From Saccostrea cucullata (taxonomy: Eukaryota): a DNA stretch of 64,000 bases. The notes beneath the pieces are model-generated. The model searched no databases. It was given only the letters and a program-made list of their open reading frames with translations, and was not told where the DNA came from. The position numbers and the translations under genes are program-made. The stretch spans positions 248,001 through 312,000 of the forward strand of contig NW_026928226.1 of NCBI RefSeq assembly GCF_032062105.1, given 5' to 3'. Positions 1 to 12,935 of this stretch are shown here, one piece after another (the stretch's first letter is position 1; every line of letters begins with the position of its first letter).

Positions 1-113
1 GGCTGTAAACCGAAGTACAATTCAAAATTTCAAGCCTTTTACAGGAAAGTGTTGTCATCTCAAATGAGTGAACACTCGTTGATGGAACATTATACAAATA
101 GACAAACAAATAA
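1..113 (+). repeat. 3' end of a SINE-like interspersed repeat (degenerate)
   Basis: ATGAGTGAA motif followed by a (CAAA)n-like tail; resembles the copies at 3276-3610 and 56490-56700. Confidence 0.45.
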
Positions 114-1149
114 ATTGAAATAATTATTCTAATAATCTATAATAATATACTACAAAATGTTTCGATATCTGATGTTAATGTAAGTATATTTTGGCTAAAG
201 CTGATACGGGATTTTTCTAACAGACGAATGTGCGATTTGCATGGCCTTTATTAAAAATATTGATCTTTGATTGTTTGCTGTTTGGCAATATTTGGCACTA
301 GATAAGTTATGGAATTCGATATTATACAAAACATGGTAAATTGTCTTTTATTTTTATTTGACTTGGTATCTTTTGCAGTTCTACTAGGAAGTGAATTCTT
401 AAATGCAATAATTTTTTTTTATTCTTAAAGAAAAAAAAATACAATTTGTAATTTACAGTGAACTTTTTTGCTTCACTGTGTTAATTTAAAACAAATAATT
501 TGCGACTGAAACCGTTATTCATCGTTATTGGAAGTAACGATATTTCACTTTTTTCATTTAACAATGAATGTTTTATATAAAGGTATATTACAGCAAAATT
601 TGTTCGCAAAAATTTTGCACAGTCAACAAAATTCGAAATCAGCTGATATATGTTTTCATTTGGTAAACGTTACACAGATATAATCCAAACTAAATTAGAC
701 GCAACTGTATACTTAACTATGATCTACTCAAAAGAAATATTATTAATTGCCCTTTATGGTCATGTGGAAAGAATGAAGATGTTTATCTTTTTTTGCCTGT
801 AGGAATTATCCAAAAGCTATAGGAGTAATCTTTTTACTCGACTATTTTTACTTGACGAATTGGTCAATATTAATTTAAAAAACAAATGTTATTATGTGGT
901 GATGTTAATATGCCTGTAGAAACTAATACATATATTTTTGCTGCTGTGCATAAATTTTTTGATGAATCCTGTAGATTTTAAATTATTATGTAACTGAGTA
1001 AATATTTCACTTGTAACTCTTTTGTATTTATACTTCTATGTACTACAGGTATCTTAATTGCATGACATATAGTTATATTAAAGGAAAGGAAGTCGTAAGT
1101 TGTAAGAACTTGTTTTTGATCCTTTTGTTTATACAGTAAAATATGTTCA

Positions 1150-1154
<5 letters not shown>

Positions 1155-1220
<66 letters not shown>
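1155..1220. repeat. (GA)n microsatellite
   Basis: ~33 GA units with one interruption; explains the spurious SLSL ORF at 1073-1270. Confidence 0.98.
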
Positions 1221-1225
<5 letters not shown>

Positions 1226-1857
1226 ATATTCAAAAATTCGATACTGCACTAATCTTTTTAGAAAATACAAAAGAAGACGTTTTTCTTTGATATGAATTTT
1301 TCCGTTTTCATATACAAGAATTTACCTTAGTGTTAAATTTCCACCTAGAAACAATCCCCCCCCCCAAAAACAAGGTGGGGAGTCTGGAATTAGGGATCAG
1401 GGAGTACATGTACATATCCAAGATTCTACCCAGCACCCTCGAGCTCTTTCAAAAAAATAATAATAAACTTGCGTAATCCTTGAGAAATTATTTGTGTTTC
1501 TTTTTCTGTATATTTTGTTTCATATTGCACAATCCATTATAACTGGTTATTACCTGTTCACGTTTTCAGTTGATCGATGAAATACCAGGCCTACTCTAAA
1601 TATTAATGTGACACAATTAAAACCCAACTCGGACAAGTGCAACATTCCGGAATTAACACCCGATAGAGGACTTTTTAAATTATTTTTTATAAAACTAAAG
1701 CACCGCTTTCAATATTTTTTTTGCATTTTATGTACCACACAGATAACGAAACATGTGTTAGGTTTAAAATAATTAAGATTTGAGTTAATTGATAATTAAA
1801 AGTTAGAGGGGTCCGAAATGAAGGGGCAAAAGCACTATGCTAAATTGGAAACATTTT

Positions 1858-2305
1858 TTAAAATTTTTATTCTTAATTTCTAGGAAAAGTGGTAATCCTT
1901 TTTGTATTAATGAACAAAATTAAACTTTAATGCAGATATATAATTACATGTATTTTCAAACTGTTTGAAAGTAAAACCCCTTTACAAATCTTATCATTCG
2001 GCTCTTAGTGGTGTGTTCAGAGTTTTGCAAATGATACTAACCCGTGAAACGTACACAGTTTTTGTAAATCGTACACGCGAGCTCTGTTATTGTGAAGGTT
2101 TGGGATTCTACTCTACTCAACACAACTGCAAAGACTGATAATATACTGTGTGTATGTTTTGCTTTCGAAAGTTTCTACTCTGAATTTTCTGGACTATAGT
2201 TTTAATATTTTTCATTAATACACAACAAGACTGCCACTTTTCCTTAGTAGTATTAAGTATGAAATTAAAATTTGTCAAAGTGCAAGGATGTGTCAATCAA
2301 ACCCG
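1858..2305. repeat. Inverted pair of a dispersed repeat (DNA-transposon remnant)
   Basis: TTCTTAAT..TAGGAAAAGTGG at ~1870 (+) and its reverse complement at ~2190-2305; a third copy at 44858-44970. Confidence 0.6.
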
Positions 2306-3017
2306 TACAAAAATTTGAAGTTTTTTTTAAATATAATTTTTAGTTGAAATAAGATTTTTAATATATTTCCATGTGAACTTCTATCGACATATATAATTCG
2401 TGACATTATACAGAAAATTTTAGAAAATATTAACTTCAAATCTGTGTCTATGCACAATTGATTACTAGTAATTCGAAATATTTACATTTGTAAATATTTT
2501 TTCTTACATGAACCTATTGAAGAGAAAATGTGTTCATATATCTGTATGTATTCTGCTTTAAAACACACGACTGTGTCCTATTTTCTTTTACCTATATACG
2601 AGAGTAATTTTGTGATATTACATTTCAGTATAACCTGATAGTAATGAAAACATCAATGACAATGCTATTTGTAAAAGTAAAAAAAAAAATGTCGTGCGCC
2701 GACCACCGATATTTAACACCCTTTAAATGCTGATTTTATGCATAAAACACCACAGGTCTATGATATTTAGTCAAAATAAAAAAATAGCATTATCCTCATG
2801 CATGCAAAAAAATTTTAGCATTCATTGAGAAGTATTTGAAATATTCAAAAAGTTTGCGTTTATCTGGGACAAACCTCGTACAAGAAATACAATACATATC
2901 AAGAACGTTCTTATAATGATGTGAAAATAATTCCTCTCAAATCGGCAAAAATTAACATCTGATTGAATAACAGTTCAGCCTTCATACATGTACATGTCTT
3001 TAAATTCATCAAAATAA

Positions 3018-3275
3018 CTTCAAGGTCAAGGTCAAAAGGTCATATTTGGTGGTACCCTAGGAAAGATCTTTTCACAAGTAATACACAAGTGAAATCTCGA
3101 AGTCAGATCTTTTCACAAGTACTACACATGTGAAATTTTGAAGACATAGCTTCACTGAATCAAAAGTTATGGGCAAGTTTAAAGTTTTTGCGGACAAACA
3201 GACAAACAAACAGACAGATAGGCAGCCAGACAGATAGATAGATATATAGACGGACAGACGGACACGACAAAAATT
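3018..3275. repeat. Non-autonomous Helitron/Helentron-like repeat with (GACA/GACG) microsatellite
   Basis: CAAGGTCAAGGTCA head, internal duplicated TCTTTTCACAAGTA unit, GACA/GATA/GACG tetramer run. Confidence 0.55.
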
Positions 3276-3610
3276 CGCTTCGTGATCGGGAGGCCTGGTT
3301 TCTATTCTCTTTCGCAGTGCCGCGTCAAAGCTAGAACGTAAACCTTAAATGTAAACAAAGCTAGTGACTATTCACCAAGCGCTCAGTATTAGAAGTGAAA
3401 GTTATAGATCTTTCCGATATAACCTTAAAAATATAGGTCTCCTTTGAGGGTAGGGGTTGGCATGATAAAGAACACTCAATGGCCCTGAGTGCCCTGAGCG
3501 CCCAGTGTAGGTCTAAAGTTGAAGCCCTTCATTGGTTTATGGCGACGTCTCTATATGAGTGAAAATTCTCGAATGGCATGCTAAACAACATACAAACAGT
3601 TAATCAATCT
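3276..3610 (+). repeat. SINE-like interspersed repeat
   Basis: CTTTCCGATATAACCTTAAAA...CTCAATGGCCCTGAGTG...ATATGAGTGAAAATTCTCG plus CAAA-type tail, shared with 37720-37832 and 56490-56700. Confidence 0.6.
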
Positions 3611-3984
3611 TATCGCGGCATTATTACGTAAAAAGATATTGTCAGTCTTTGGTGAAAAGAACACCCTTTGGATGATTTAAATCTCCTTTCAGAACAGTTA
3701 ACCAAACAACAATGGCCATTGGAAACCATATCGATAACTGCAATTTATAAAATGGAGTCAGCATCCGACATATTAAACCATTTATCTAAAATATTATTTC
3801 AAAAATGTATTAACTGGACTTGGATTTTTTAAAGTATGGATGGTTAAATTTGTTTTTTTATTTCCGCATATTTAAGGATACAATTGACCATATCCCTAGT
3901 TCTCTCTCTACTGAAAATAAAATAGCTTACTCCACGTTTGACAGTTTTGCATGGACATATAAATAAACTAATGAACTATTACCG

Positions 3985-4560
3985 TTAACATATGTAATGA
4001 GACTGATTTTGTACGATACCGGTTGCATTGTGATGCATGTCTTGTCAACCTGTGCAAGGCCTGCGTTGGAGAACACATATTAAAACATAAATCTAAAGAC
4101 CAAGGAATGATGGTCACATTTGAATCAAGAAATTTCAGTCTTCTCTGCCCTGGATGCGCCTACTATAAAAAAAAGATGCAAGAAGTCTGCAGACATGACA
4201 TTCCGGTCTATCGCACATGTTACAGCACCTTATCAACATCCCAACATCTTAGTCATAAGTAAGGCAAAATCCTGCATGTTCTGGTTGAAAGGGAAAATTG
4301 ATCAGGGAAAAAAAGCCAAATGGGACAATTCCTCCCACCAACCAGGGAATTACAGCTAATGTGCAAAACAGAATGAGTCAATTAGAGAAGGAATATGGAG
4401 ATCTCTCAGGCCCATGGAAAAGCAAATAAACAGAACTGGCACAGAAAAATTAATATAAATATCCACACCCAAAACTCAAGTTGATGAAATAAAGACCTCA
4501 TAGCGGGTGAAATTAAAAAAAAATTGGAAAGGGGGGTTAACAAAGGTATCTTCTGCAAAA
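3985..4560 (+). pseudogene. TRIM-like locus A: decayed B-box/coiled-coil 5' fragment
   Basis: HCDACLVNLCKACVGEHI, QHLSHK, LEKEYGDLS and KTQVDEIKTS match the intact paralogs; multiple frameshifts and stops; no NHL part seen; ends approximate. Confidence 0.85.
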
Positions 4561-4714
4561 TATAAATAAAATCCATTTCTAGGAATATTTATTGATATCT
4601 TTAACTTTTATAAAGTTTTGTTTCTGAGCAATTCGTCTGCAATAAGAATTATAAAATACAGAATATTATTTAAGCTCAAAAGTCCATTAAGCAAACCAAA
4701 ATTGGAGTAGAGCA

Positions 4715-4965
4715 AACAATTTTTGCTTTATATGAATACAAAAATAGATCTACTAATAAAGGGGCGCAAATCGTACCCATGGGATTTCGAATAGATTGTT
4801 GGAAGACTTGGTCTCAAAAAACATAAAAGATACTGTCAATCAAAAACTCAGCCATCTTTTTGGTGTCTACTTCAGAGTACTTGTGTGCGTAATCAGAATG
4901 TTTTAACGAAATAACTTTGCGAATGACCAGTGACAAGGTAAGTAAATTCACGGGTACCATTTTAA
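4715..4965 (-). mobile_element. Penelope-like (Naiad) RT fragment
   Basis: Homologous to ~49630-49880 (IPMGTxxAPL..DLFLYSY and YSEVD regions); degenerate. Confidence 0.8.
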
Positions 4966-5114
4966 ATGCAAAAACAGCAGTCTAAAGCATGTTTCTTATA
5001 AAATTAACAATAACCAAACTTTATTAGCACTAACAAAATACAATGTAATCCTATGCTTCATTTTCTTTCTCAATATTCTCAATATTTTTCTTTAAATTTT
5101 ACTTTCATTAGTTA

Positions 5115-5239
5115 CATGAATGATATGGAGATAAGGAACAATATTCAATCTCAAAGACCATAAAACAATACAAAATAGGAGCAGTGCAAACACGGACTTT
5201 CGAAACATCAGAGTGCCATGGAGGAGTGAACATCATGAA
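5115..5239 (-). mobile_element. Naiad PLE 3'-end fragment
   Basis: Matches 48865-48995 with an internal deletion; CATGAA on both sides; the paralogous segment near 15050 lacks it. Confidence 0.75.
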
Positions 5240-5353
5240 GAAAGGTATATTTGTGAAGCATTATTTAGGAAGAACAGAGAATATTCTTATTTTAATGCCA
5301 TATTTATATTATCTATTTATTAAAAAGAGTCCTTTTTACTAAAGTACTTTATT

Positions 5354-5911
5354 CGGTAATAACCGATATTTGCCCCCCAAACCAAACTTTGATGAAGAAA
5401 TATTTAATTATGTTCTTAAATAGGGGAGTATATGCTGACTTCAACGCACTGAATATTTTCATAAGTTATGACGTTATATGTACGAAATGACGTCACAAAC
5501 ATGACGTAAATTTCAGTTTTTTATGAATTCTACAGAAAAAATGTACATATTTCGTCGATATTTTGAGTAAAAGTCACCGAGCGCATGTGTGTTCAGGCTC
5601 AATATTTTGATATAATGTGCAGAATGATAAAATCAATGAAATATGTAAATATTGTTTCTGAACAAACTTGCGCTCTATAAATTTTAAAGCTAAAATTGTT
5701 TGAATTTTGTCCATTCTGTCCTCTTTCTGAAAAAAGGATATAAAATCGGACTAGTTTATGACGTCATAAAAACAAAAATTGTGATTAAACTACTTTGAAA
5801 CAATAATATGTTCTGTTAATTATATTTCACATACAATTTTTAAAATTCAGCACATTTCAGGAAGTTTTCAAAATTTAACTTTTGTGGGGGGCAAGTATAT
5901 GCAATATACCG
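5354..5911. mobile_element. MITE
   Basis: Imperfect TIRs CGGTAATAACCGATATTTGCCCCCCA / TGGGGGGCAAGTATATGCAATATACCG; absent from the paralogous segment. Confidence 0.7.
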
Positions 5912-8234
5912 CATATAGTTCTTTGTTTTAAAACAATAAAAAACAAATATTGATTGTTTTTTATGAATATAGCAGTTGATCCAAATACTACTTTACAGGA
6001 TTTGATCCGATGTATTCTTTATAAGGCCGTTCTATATATATGTCGTACATGTGCACTGTGATACAAATATACATGCTTTGTGAACTTAGGTCTGTGAGAG
6101 GTCTATGCTAGAGAATACAAATCATTTGTCAAACTTCAGTCTAGGAAATTCACTCCACCTTCACTCTTAATTTGCCTCCCATAAAATACATTTAAAAGAT
6201 TCAGCTTAAGATTTAAGATTGAAGAAGTATACTAGAAATACTTATAAGTCTGAGAAATATAAGAAAACTTTTTTTTCAGATTTTTGATATTCCTTCGTTA
6301 AGATCAATTTTGAATGGCTGTGACTCTTAAATTTCCACATAAAAAGATATTTAAACTTTTGTCTTAAAATAACAACAAATTATTCTATCTTTTCACTTAA
6401 TTTCATTTAAATGATTTTAAGTATTAAAAAGGGAGAAACTTCAATGACAGGTGAAAGTTATTAAATAGGACACATTCCCTTGAGAATTACATTTAAATAT
6501 ACGGAGTACATACCTTTTACATACCTGTTATGCATTAACTATCATTATATATGGGGCCAATAGTGGGTGGAATAGCTATTTATCAATATATTTTAAAATA
6601 AATGCTACAGTTGTAATGACGCAGCTAAACATTTGTGTATTATAAATCAGAACAATGGATTAGTACCTATTACAGTACAGAAAATGTTACAGCTAAAACA
6701 TAGTATACTTCCACAACTTTTCGTAAAGTAGTAGCAATCTTTACAGAGGTTATACAACAAAACTTACTTAGTAAATAGTTTCAATAGATAATTAAAAATC
6801 TTAAAATACTTTTATCATTGCAATGTCAATGGTTTTTAAGAAAAGTGTAATTCAAGTTTGATTAGAAATCGTTAAGAATATGCAAAAAATGTTAATAATG
6901 TAATTGGAAAATTGAAAACAAATAACCTAAACTGAAAACTTTATTTTTTAATTCATTTTTCAAATGTTATTTAAAAATTATGTGCAACAAAACGAAATTG
7001 CAAGTTTGATGTAGTCTACCCATGTCTAATTTTGTTTTTCAAAATCAACATATTCAATGACAGAATATTAACATGTTGAAATATCAAAACAGTGTAAAGA
7101 AATCTTCTGCAGAATCCACTTCTATAAGAAATGATTTACTTCGGAATCAAAAACTATCAGAAAAAGAGCCCCACTTTCATCGTTCTAGAGGCAAACGTAT
7201 TTGTTAGATTTCATTCGAATCAAGCAGCCAACTCAAGTGTCTACCAAATCCTCTCCCTGGATCATATGTGTATTTGTTTTGATTAAAGCAGAACACGATT
7301 CGTAAAAGATGTGTGTCCGCCATTTTTGTTCCCGAGTCTCGCTACTCTGCAAACCCATATATAAAGGCCAGGACTTAGTCACAGTTCAGTGTAATCAGTC
7401 GACACCGGTGTGGACGTACGTATGTACAGCATTCGGTAGCAAGAATAATAACGTAATACTTCGTCTATTGCAGGAAAGTAATATACCAAATAATATAGCA
7501 AACATATTTTTAACACGCTGTAAAGTCCATTATGTATTAATTGAAATATTTAGATGCATATATGTTTGGATTAATCCTAACACATTCAGGCAAACATGTG
7601 CTCATTTCACACTTATCTAAAACAGAGTCAATGGCTAGATTTTGATAAAAAAAAAACCCGGCAAACATCGATAATAAATCTTTACTCTACGATTTGCACA
7701 GATTTCAGCAGAATCACTCTTTAAAGCACAATAATTATTTTACTTTAATTTTGTGTGTGTCATATGCTAACAAGGCTTTATGTGTAACATTATTTAAAGA
7801 ATTCCGTCCCTAGTAATAAACTACAAATTTGAGCCGTTTGTCGTAAATCATTGAAGTGCAGCATTCACGTATTAAATACCTAGATGAAACCAGAAACTGA
7901 CAGTTGTTTGACAGAAGAGCATGCATATGGATCGTGTGATATAAAATATCAATTGTTTAGCTTTACTTTGGCAGGGAAAAGAACGATTTTCTTTACCTGT
8001 ATTCAGGTAATAATTATGGATTTATTTTTTAAAATTATATATTTGTTGTTACAATTCATTCTAATATTTCTATATTAAACTTAAGTAAGGCATTCGCTTT
8101 TTCCTCGCTTGTAATATTGTTTCAATTATGTGCTGAGCTATTTCATTTAATTTTCGTTTTTTTCATCTTTATTTTGAGATCTAAATTGTAAGAGTATTGC
8201 TTAAATCAGTCATTATATTAAATAGGTATTTTAA

Positions 8235-8729
8235 GGACAGATGATACAAACAATTTTTTCTTTTAAAAAGATTAAATATCATGTCACAAGTTTAGAAAAG
8301 TGGATGGTTCTTAGAATTTTTTCTCCGAAGAACTGGAAAATGAAATAGATTTGGAAAATATTAGTAATATTTCAATAAAAAAACGAATATAGACAAATCA
8401 CATTCAGTAAAGGTTTACAGGTGAAAATAAATTTTAGAATATGTTATCCTGGCGCTAAAAGTGTAATATAAACCTTAGAAAAATATAAAAATATACCAAG
8501 CCAGGTGAATTTTAAGAGAAAGATCGAAATGACAAAAAATTTTATCATTTAGCTTTTCCTAATAAAATTCACCTGGCTCGCTATATTTTTCTTAAGTTTA
8601 TGTTACACTTTTAGTCTTTTTCATATTCCAGTTCTTTGGAGAAAAAATTCTAAGAACAATCCACTTTTCTAAACTTGTGACATGATATTTAATCTTTTTC
8701 AAAGAAAAAATTGTTTGTGTCATCTGTCC
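8235..8729. mobile_element. TTAA-flanked foldback MITE (Kolobok-like termini) in the 5'UTR intron of TRIM B
   Basis: TTAA|GGACAGATGA...TCATCTGTCC|TTAA; ~105-bp near-perfect TIRs plus an inner inverted repeat ~8455-8615. Confidence 0.9.
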
Positions 8730-8864
8730 TTAAGTGTGTTACATTTTTGAAATATTCTTTCATATCTAATTATAGCATTTGGCCAAGGAAGAGTCATGAA
8801 CGCGTTCCAATAATTTTTTCCAATGATTTTGAAACTTTACATTACAGAGTCTCTAAATTCGGAA

Positions 8865-10871
8865 ATGAACCCCAGTACAAGTGCCCAGGATTTAATACGA
8901 TGTGACCAGTGTGAGACTGCTATAGTACAAATGTACTGTGATCTATGTCACGTTAATCTCTGCAAGGCCTGTGTTGGTGAACACATTTCAACTGATGAAA
9001 CCAAAAAACACGAAGTTGTCAAATTTAAGTCAAGAAATTCTACTCTTCTCTACCCTAGATGTGAATCACATGAAAAGGAAAGATGTATGAATTATTGTAA
9101 AAAGTGTGAAATCTCTGTCTGTCCCACTTGCGTCAATAAACATCGCAATCATAAGATATTAAATATATTGGATGTTCAAGAGGAAACAAAAATCATGATA
9201 GAGAAAGAGCGAACTGAATTAAAAGAAACAATCTATCCTACTTACCAGGAAATTTTTTCAGACCTAGAAACGATTCAAAGTGAATTGGAAAAGGAAGCTG
9301 AGGATCTTTTAACAGCCATAACAAAACATGGAGATTACTGGCACTCAGTAATCGACAAACTTGTCGATAGACTAAAAACTGATGTTAGAAAACTGAAAGA
9401 CACAAAGACAGATATATTACAAAGAAAAAAGGATGAAATTAACATGATTATTGTTAATGTAAGAAATGACATTGATTTGTTTGATAAAACTATCGACTCG
9501 AACGACATTTCAGAAACTTTAAGTGTGAAATTAAAAGATCATTATAAAAAACTTCCACCAAAACTAATTTTTTGTAAATCTAAATTCACACCAGCTGAAA
9601 TTCAAGAGGGGAGCATTTTAAAAATGTTCGGAAGTTTAACAGCACATGGTTTCAAAACAGAGAAGAATGGCTACCGAATGAAAACCATACAAGGATCACC
9701 CCAGGATGAATCCATTCAAGTTATCCCAATTAAATCTTCAGAAGAAAGTTCCTTTTCTGATTCCTCTCCAGTTTCCAAGAAAGCACAAAAAACTGAACGC
9801 CTTTTCCCCACCAATCAGCATTTACCAGCAATTGATAACCTTTCTTTAACTGAAGAGAGGGCACCACAAGTTCGATATCGACCTCCAGTCCCTAGAAAAC
9901 CAATTTTCTCTCGTTTGGTCAAACGAAAACCACCAGAATCTGGTTCCCGTACTCAAGTCCCTTTGAAATCAACAGGCTGCAGATTAGGTCATACAGCCTA
10001 TAACGAATTAGTTGAAAATGTACATCATTATTCAGACAAAAAACTGCATAATGAACCGGATATTTTGAGCACAGAAATTATTTATGGTAAGAATATTATA
10101 AATATTGCCTTTCTGGGCAATGAAAAGATATGGCTATGTAAAGGTGAAACTATCATGAAACTGTATAGCATTAATAAAAGTTTTTCGCTGGAGTCGATTA
10201 CAACCAAGTCGGAAAACATCCCAACAGACATAGCGGTGACAGAAAGTGGAAATCTCATGTATACTGATAAGGGGGATGGAACCGTTAATATTGTGAAAGA
10301 AGGAAAAACTCAAGAGTTGATCAGATTACAGAACTGGAGACCTATGAGCTTATCCAGCACTTCTAAAGATGATATTCTGGTTACCATGGAAAATGATGAT
10401 AACAAACAATCAAAAGTTGTCCGATACTCTGGTTACTTAGAAAAACAATCAATTCAGTTTGATGACGATGGTAACCAACTCTTTAACTTTGGTGGATCTC
10501 AAAACTTCATATGTGAGAACAAAAACCTTGATATCTGTGTGGCTGACTGTGGAGTTCAAGCAGTAGTGGTTGTCAATCAAACCGGGAAATTCAGATTCAG
10601 ATACACTGGACACGCTCCTGCTCCAAAGAATAAACCATTCAATCCGGCAGGAATCACAACAGACAGTCAAGGCCACATCCTTACAGCTGATTATGATAAT
10701 TATTGTGTCCATATTATTGACAAGGATGGACGGTTCATACATTTTATAAAGTTTGAACATTTTCAACCTTATAGATTGTGCACAGATAGAGATGACAATC
10801 TTTTTGTTGCTGTCGCAGATTTGAAATCGTGGCCTCCAGGCAGTGTGAAGAAAATCAGATACCTGTACTGA
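8865..10871 (+). CDS. TRIM-like locus B: RING-less B-box/B-box/coiled-coil/NHL-repeat protein, 668 aa, intact
   Basis: Start set at MNPSTSAQD by alignment to the paralog start MDPxxSAQD; acceptor TTACAG ends at 8847; CxxC..CxxC..CxxC..H B-boxes; NHL-type ENKNLDICVAD and PxGITTDSQGHILTAD. Confidence 0.92.
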   Translation: MNPSTSAQDLIRCDQCETAIVQMYCDLCHVNLCKACVGEHISTDETKKHEVVKFKSRNSTLLYPRCESHEKERCMNYCKKCEISVCPTCVNKHRNHKILNILDVQEETKIMIEKERTELKETIYPTYQEIFSDLETIQSELEKEAEDLLTAITKHGDYWHSVIDKLVDRLKTDVRKLKDTKTDILQRKKDEINMIIVNVRNDIDLFDKTIDSNDISETLSVKLKDHYKKLPPKLIFCKSKFTPAEIQEGSILKMFGSLTAHGFKTEKNGYRMKTIQGSPQDESIQVIPIKSSEESSFSDSSPVSKKAQKTERLFPTNQHLPAIDNLSLTEERAPQVRYRPPVPRKPIFSRLVKRKPPESGSRTQVPLKSTGCRLGHTAYNELVENVHHYSDKKLHNEPDILSTEIIYGKNIINIAFLGNEKIWLCKGETIMKLYSINKSFSLESITTKSENIPTDIAVTESGNLMYTDKGDGTVNIVKEGKTQELIRLQNWRPMSLSSTSKDDILVTMENDDNKQSKVVRYSGYLEKQSIQFDDDGNQLFNFGGSQNFICENKNLDICVADCGVQAVVVVNQTGKFRFRYTGHAPAPKNKPFNPAGITTDSQGHILTADYDNYCVHIIDKDGRFIHFIKFEHFQPYRLCTDRDDNLFVAVADLKSWPPGSVKKIRYLY

Positions 10872-11542
10872 AGTTAATTACTTTTTATTGGTCATTTCCG
10901 TAGATATTTTGTTAAAAGCAGAGTTTTTCCAAGGTTGCAATAGAAAACCGGAAAAAAATAGTTACTTAGAAAATGTTTTGAAAGTTGTGCTCTTTAGGCT
11001 TGCTGTTTTTATTAATATTGTTCAAATAACGATATTTGGTTTATTTCTTCCTTATTTATGACACATACCTTGTTCTTGTATTCTAATTAATATGCATATA
11101 TCAATAATAAATGTTTGATTATATGTTCTCAAGTAACCGTCTCAAATGCGATGAACCATTACGCTATAATGCAAAAAGACCATTTTTGTACATCAAAAAA
11201 TGTTTGCAACATTCTTGCGTTAACCTAACGGTGGTGGATACAAATTTGGACATATGTTAGGAAGGATTCTTCTTTGGGTTTCTAACTGGATGAGATATTG
11301 AATGTATATTTGCTTATATCTCTTAAATATTTAGATGTAAGAAATTTAAAAGATGATATTTTTCTTTTCTCATCACAATCGCACAATTTCAAATAGATAT
11401 GTTAAACTGAGTTTTAAATCTAACAGGAACTAAATTTTTGGTAAATGGTGGCGTATGAAAATATCTTCTCCTCCGATACTCAGTCAAAATTATTGTAGAA
11501 CAATGAAATAAGTAATTTTTACACAATCAAAGACTTGAAGTA

Positions 11543-12935
11543 TTTAATGAGCCCGGATCAATAGATCCGAGGCGCATATTGTTTTGTCCTGTCTATTTGT
11601 TTGTTTATCTCTTTGTGTGTTTGTCTGTTGTCAGCTTTAACATGAGAGATAAAGACTTCATATTTGGTATGCATACTCCACTCATTAAGTTATTTCAAAT
11701 GACAATGACCCTGTGTCCTTGATGCTAAAAATCGTTTTTTTTTCAAACTTTGTTGCTGCTGGGTGCATAATGTTTTACAAACACATCTTGTTTTTATGAC
11801 CTTGTGACCTTGACCGTAACCTATATATGCTGAAATAGCTTTTTCAAACTTTTGCAATAACTTTTGAACCATGTGAGATAGAGACTTTAAGTTTAGTATG
11901 AATACTTCACTAATTAACAAGACCGAGTCTAAATCGAGTGTGCATGGCTTTTACGCAGCCTTTTAATTTCACGCAGTCATAAGTGGGACAGTAGACCTTT
12001 TCTAAACATAAAATTAACATTATCTGAAACGCCTACTGGTCTGAAAATTTGATTTTACGACAATAGTAGGAAAAACACTCAAATGGCTCTAGAGACGTAA
12101 TGTAACTGTTTTCCGATTTTGTAAGCAATGCATGATGCTGGAGAATGGCATATGGCTCGCTTATATATTGGTATACGTTCATGTATATTTTACTAAAAAC
12201 TGATGACAGAGCATCAAAAAATAGCAGCTTTCTAAATGTTGCTATTTTTACCAAAAATATCTGCGCCGATAATTCATCTGCACCAATATGTATTTAAACC
12301 ACTAAATGGCAATTTTAGAAGTCTTTGGCATCGAAAAATTAATTTTTGTAATTAAGACCCCGTCCAATCTAGATGGTCAACTTTTTTGAAATTTCACATT
12401 TTGATGACTTTTTACAATAACTTTCATCTTGAAGAAGAAATCTCTAGGAAAGAAATATAAAAAAATATGGGGGAAATGTGATAATTTGGCGCTTTTCTAC
12501 CAAATTCCCATAGAGTCCAACTATAGAATAAAATTACAACTTTTGCAATGACTCCCAAAGAAATCGGGGTGATAAACATCCGATTTTTTAAAATCTGAAA
12601 ACAATTCATATGGCAGTAAAAATTAATTAACGAAAAATTTCAAAATCCCTAGGGTTAAAATAACTAGACTCAGCCTCGTTAACCTCTTTCAAATAACACC
12701 ATGGTCGATGACCTTGAGACTTTGACTGTGACCTATATGCTTAAATAGCTTTTTGGAACTATCGCCATGACTTTTGAGCCATAAAAGATAGAGACTTCAT
12801 ATTTGGTGTGCAGACTCCACTAATTAAATTCTTTAACATGACACCGAGGTCAATGATCTTTTAACATTGACTGTGACCTATATGCTAAAAATATCTTTTT
12901 TTGAACTTTGTTGACATCAGGCGCATTGTAGTCCA
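11543..12935. repeat. Helentron/Helitron-like non-autonomous repeat with tandem subunits, interrupted by a MITE
   Basis: Repeated AGAGACTTCATATTTGGT.TGCA.ACTCCACT and TGACCTT units on both sides of 11918-12678; CTGT/TTGT microsatellite near the left end. Confidence 0.65.
11918..12678. mobile_element. TTAA-flanked MITE nested in the Helentron-like repeat
   Basis: TTAA|CAAGACCGAGTCTA...TAGACTCAGCCTCG|TTAA; the host repeat resumes in register. Confidence 0.7.

Larger units (their letters stand above)
4970..6780 (+). repeat. Copy 1 of a ~1.1-kb diverged duplicated segment, interrupted by two insertions
   Basis: Colinear blocks CAGCAGTCT.AAGCATGTTTC, TTGATCCAAATAC, CCCTTGAGAAT, CAGAACAATGGATTAGTACC shared with 14908-16085. 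Confidence 0.75.

Noticed and set aside
1073-1270. Small ORFs over microsatellites, G-runs, MITEs and the N gap
   Set aside because: Low-complexity or repeat-derived, often with non-ATG starts
8823-8864. N-terminal extensions of ORF-track starts (8823, 41852)
   Set aside because: They cross the conserved splice acceptor; paralogs start at M(D/N)P
10449-10766. Similar antisense ORFs at 10449, 37040 and 43938 suggesting a conserved minus-strand gene
   Set aside because: They are shadows of the conserved NHL coding strand, with variable lengths and no independent signals
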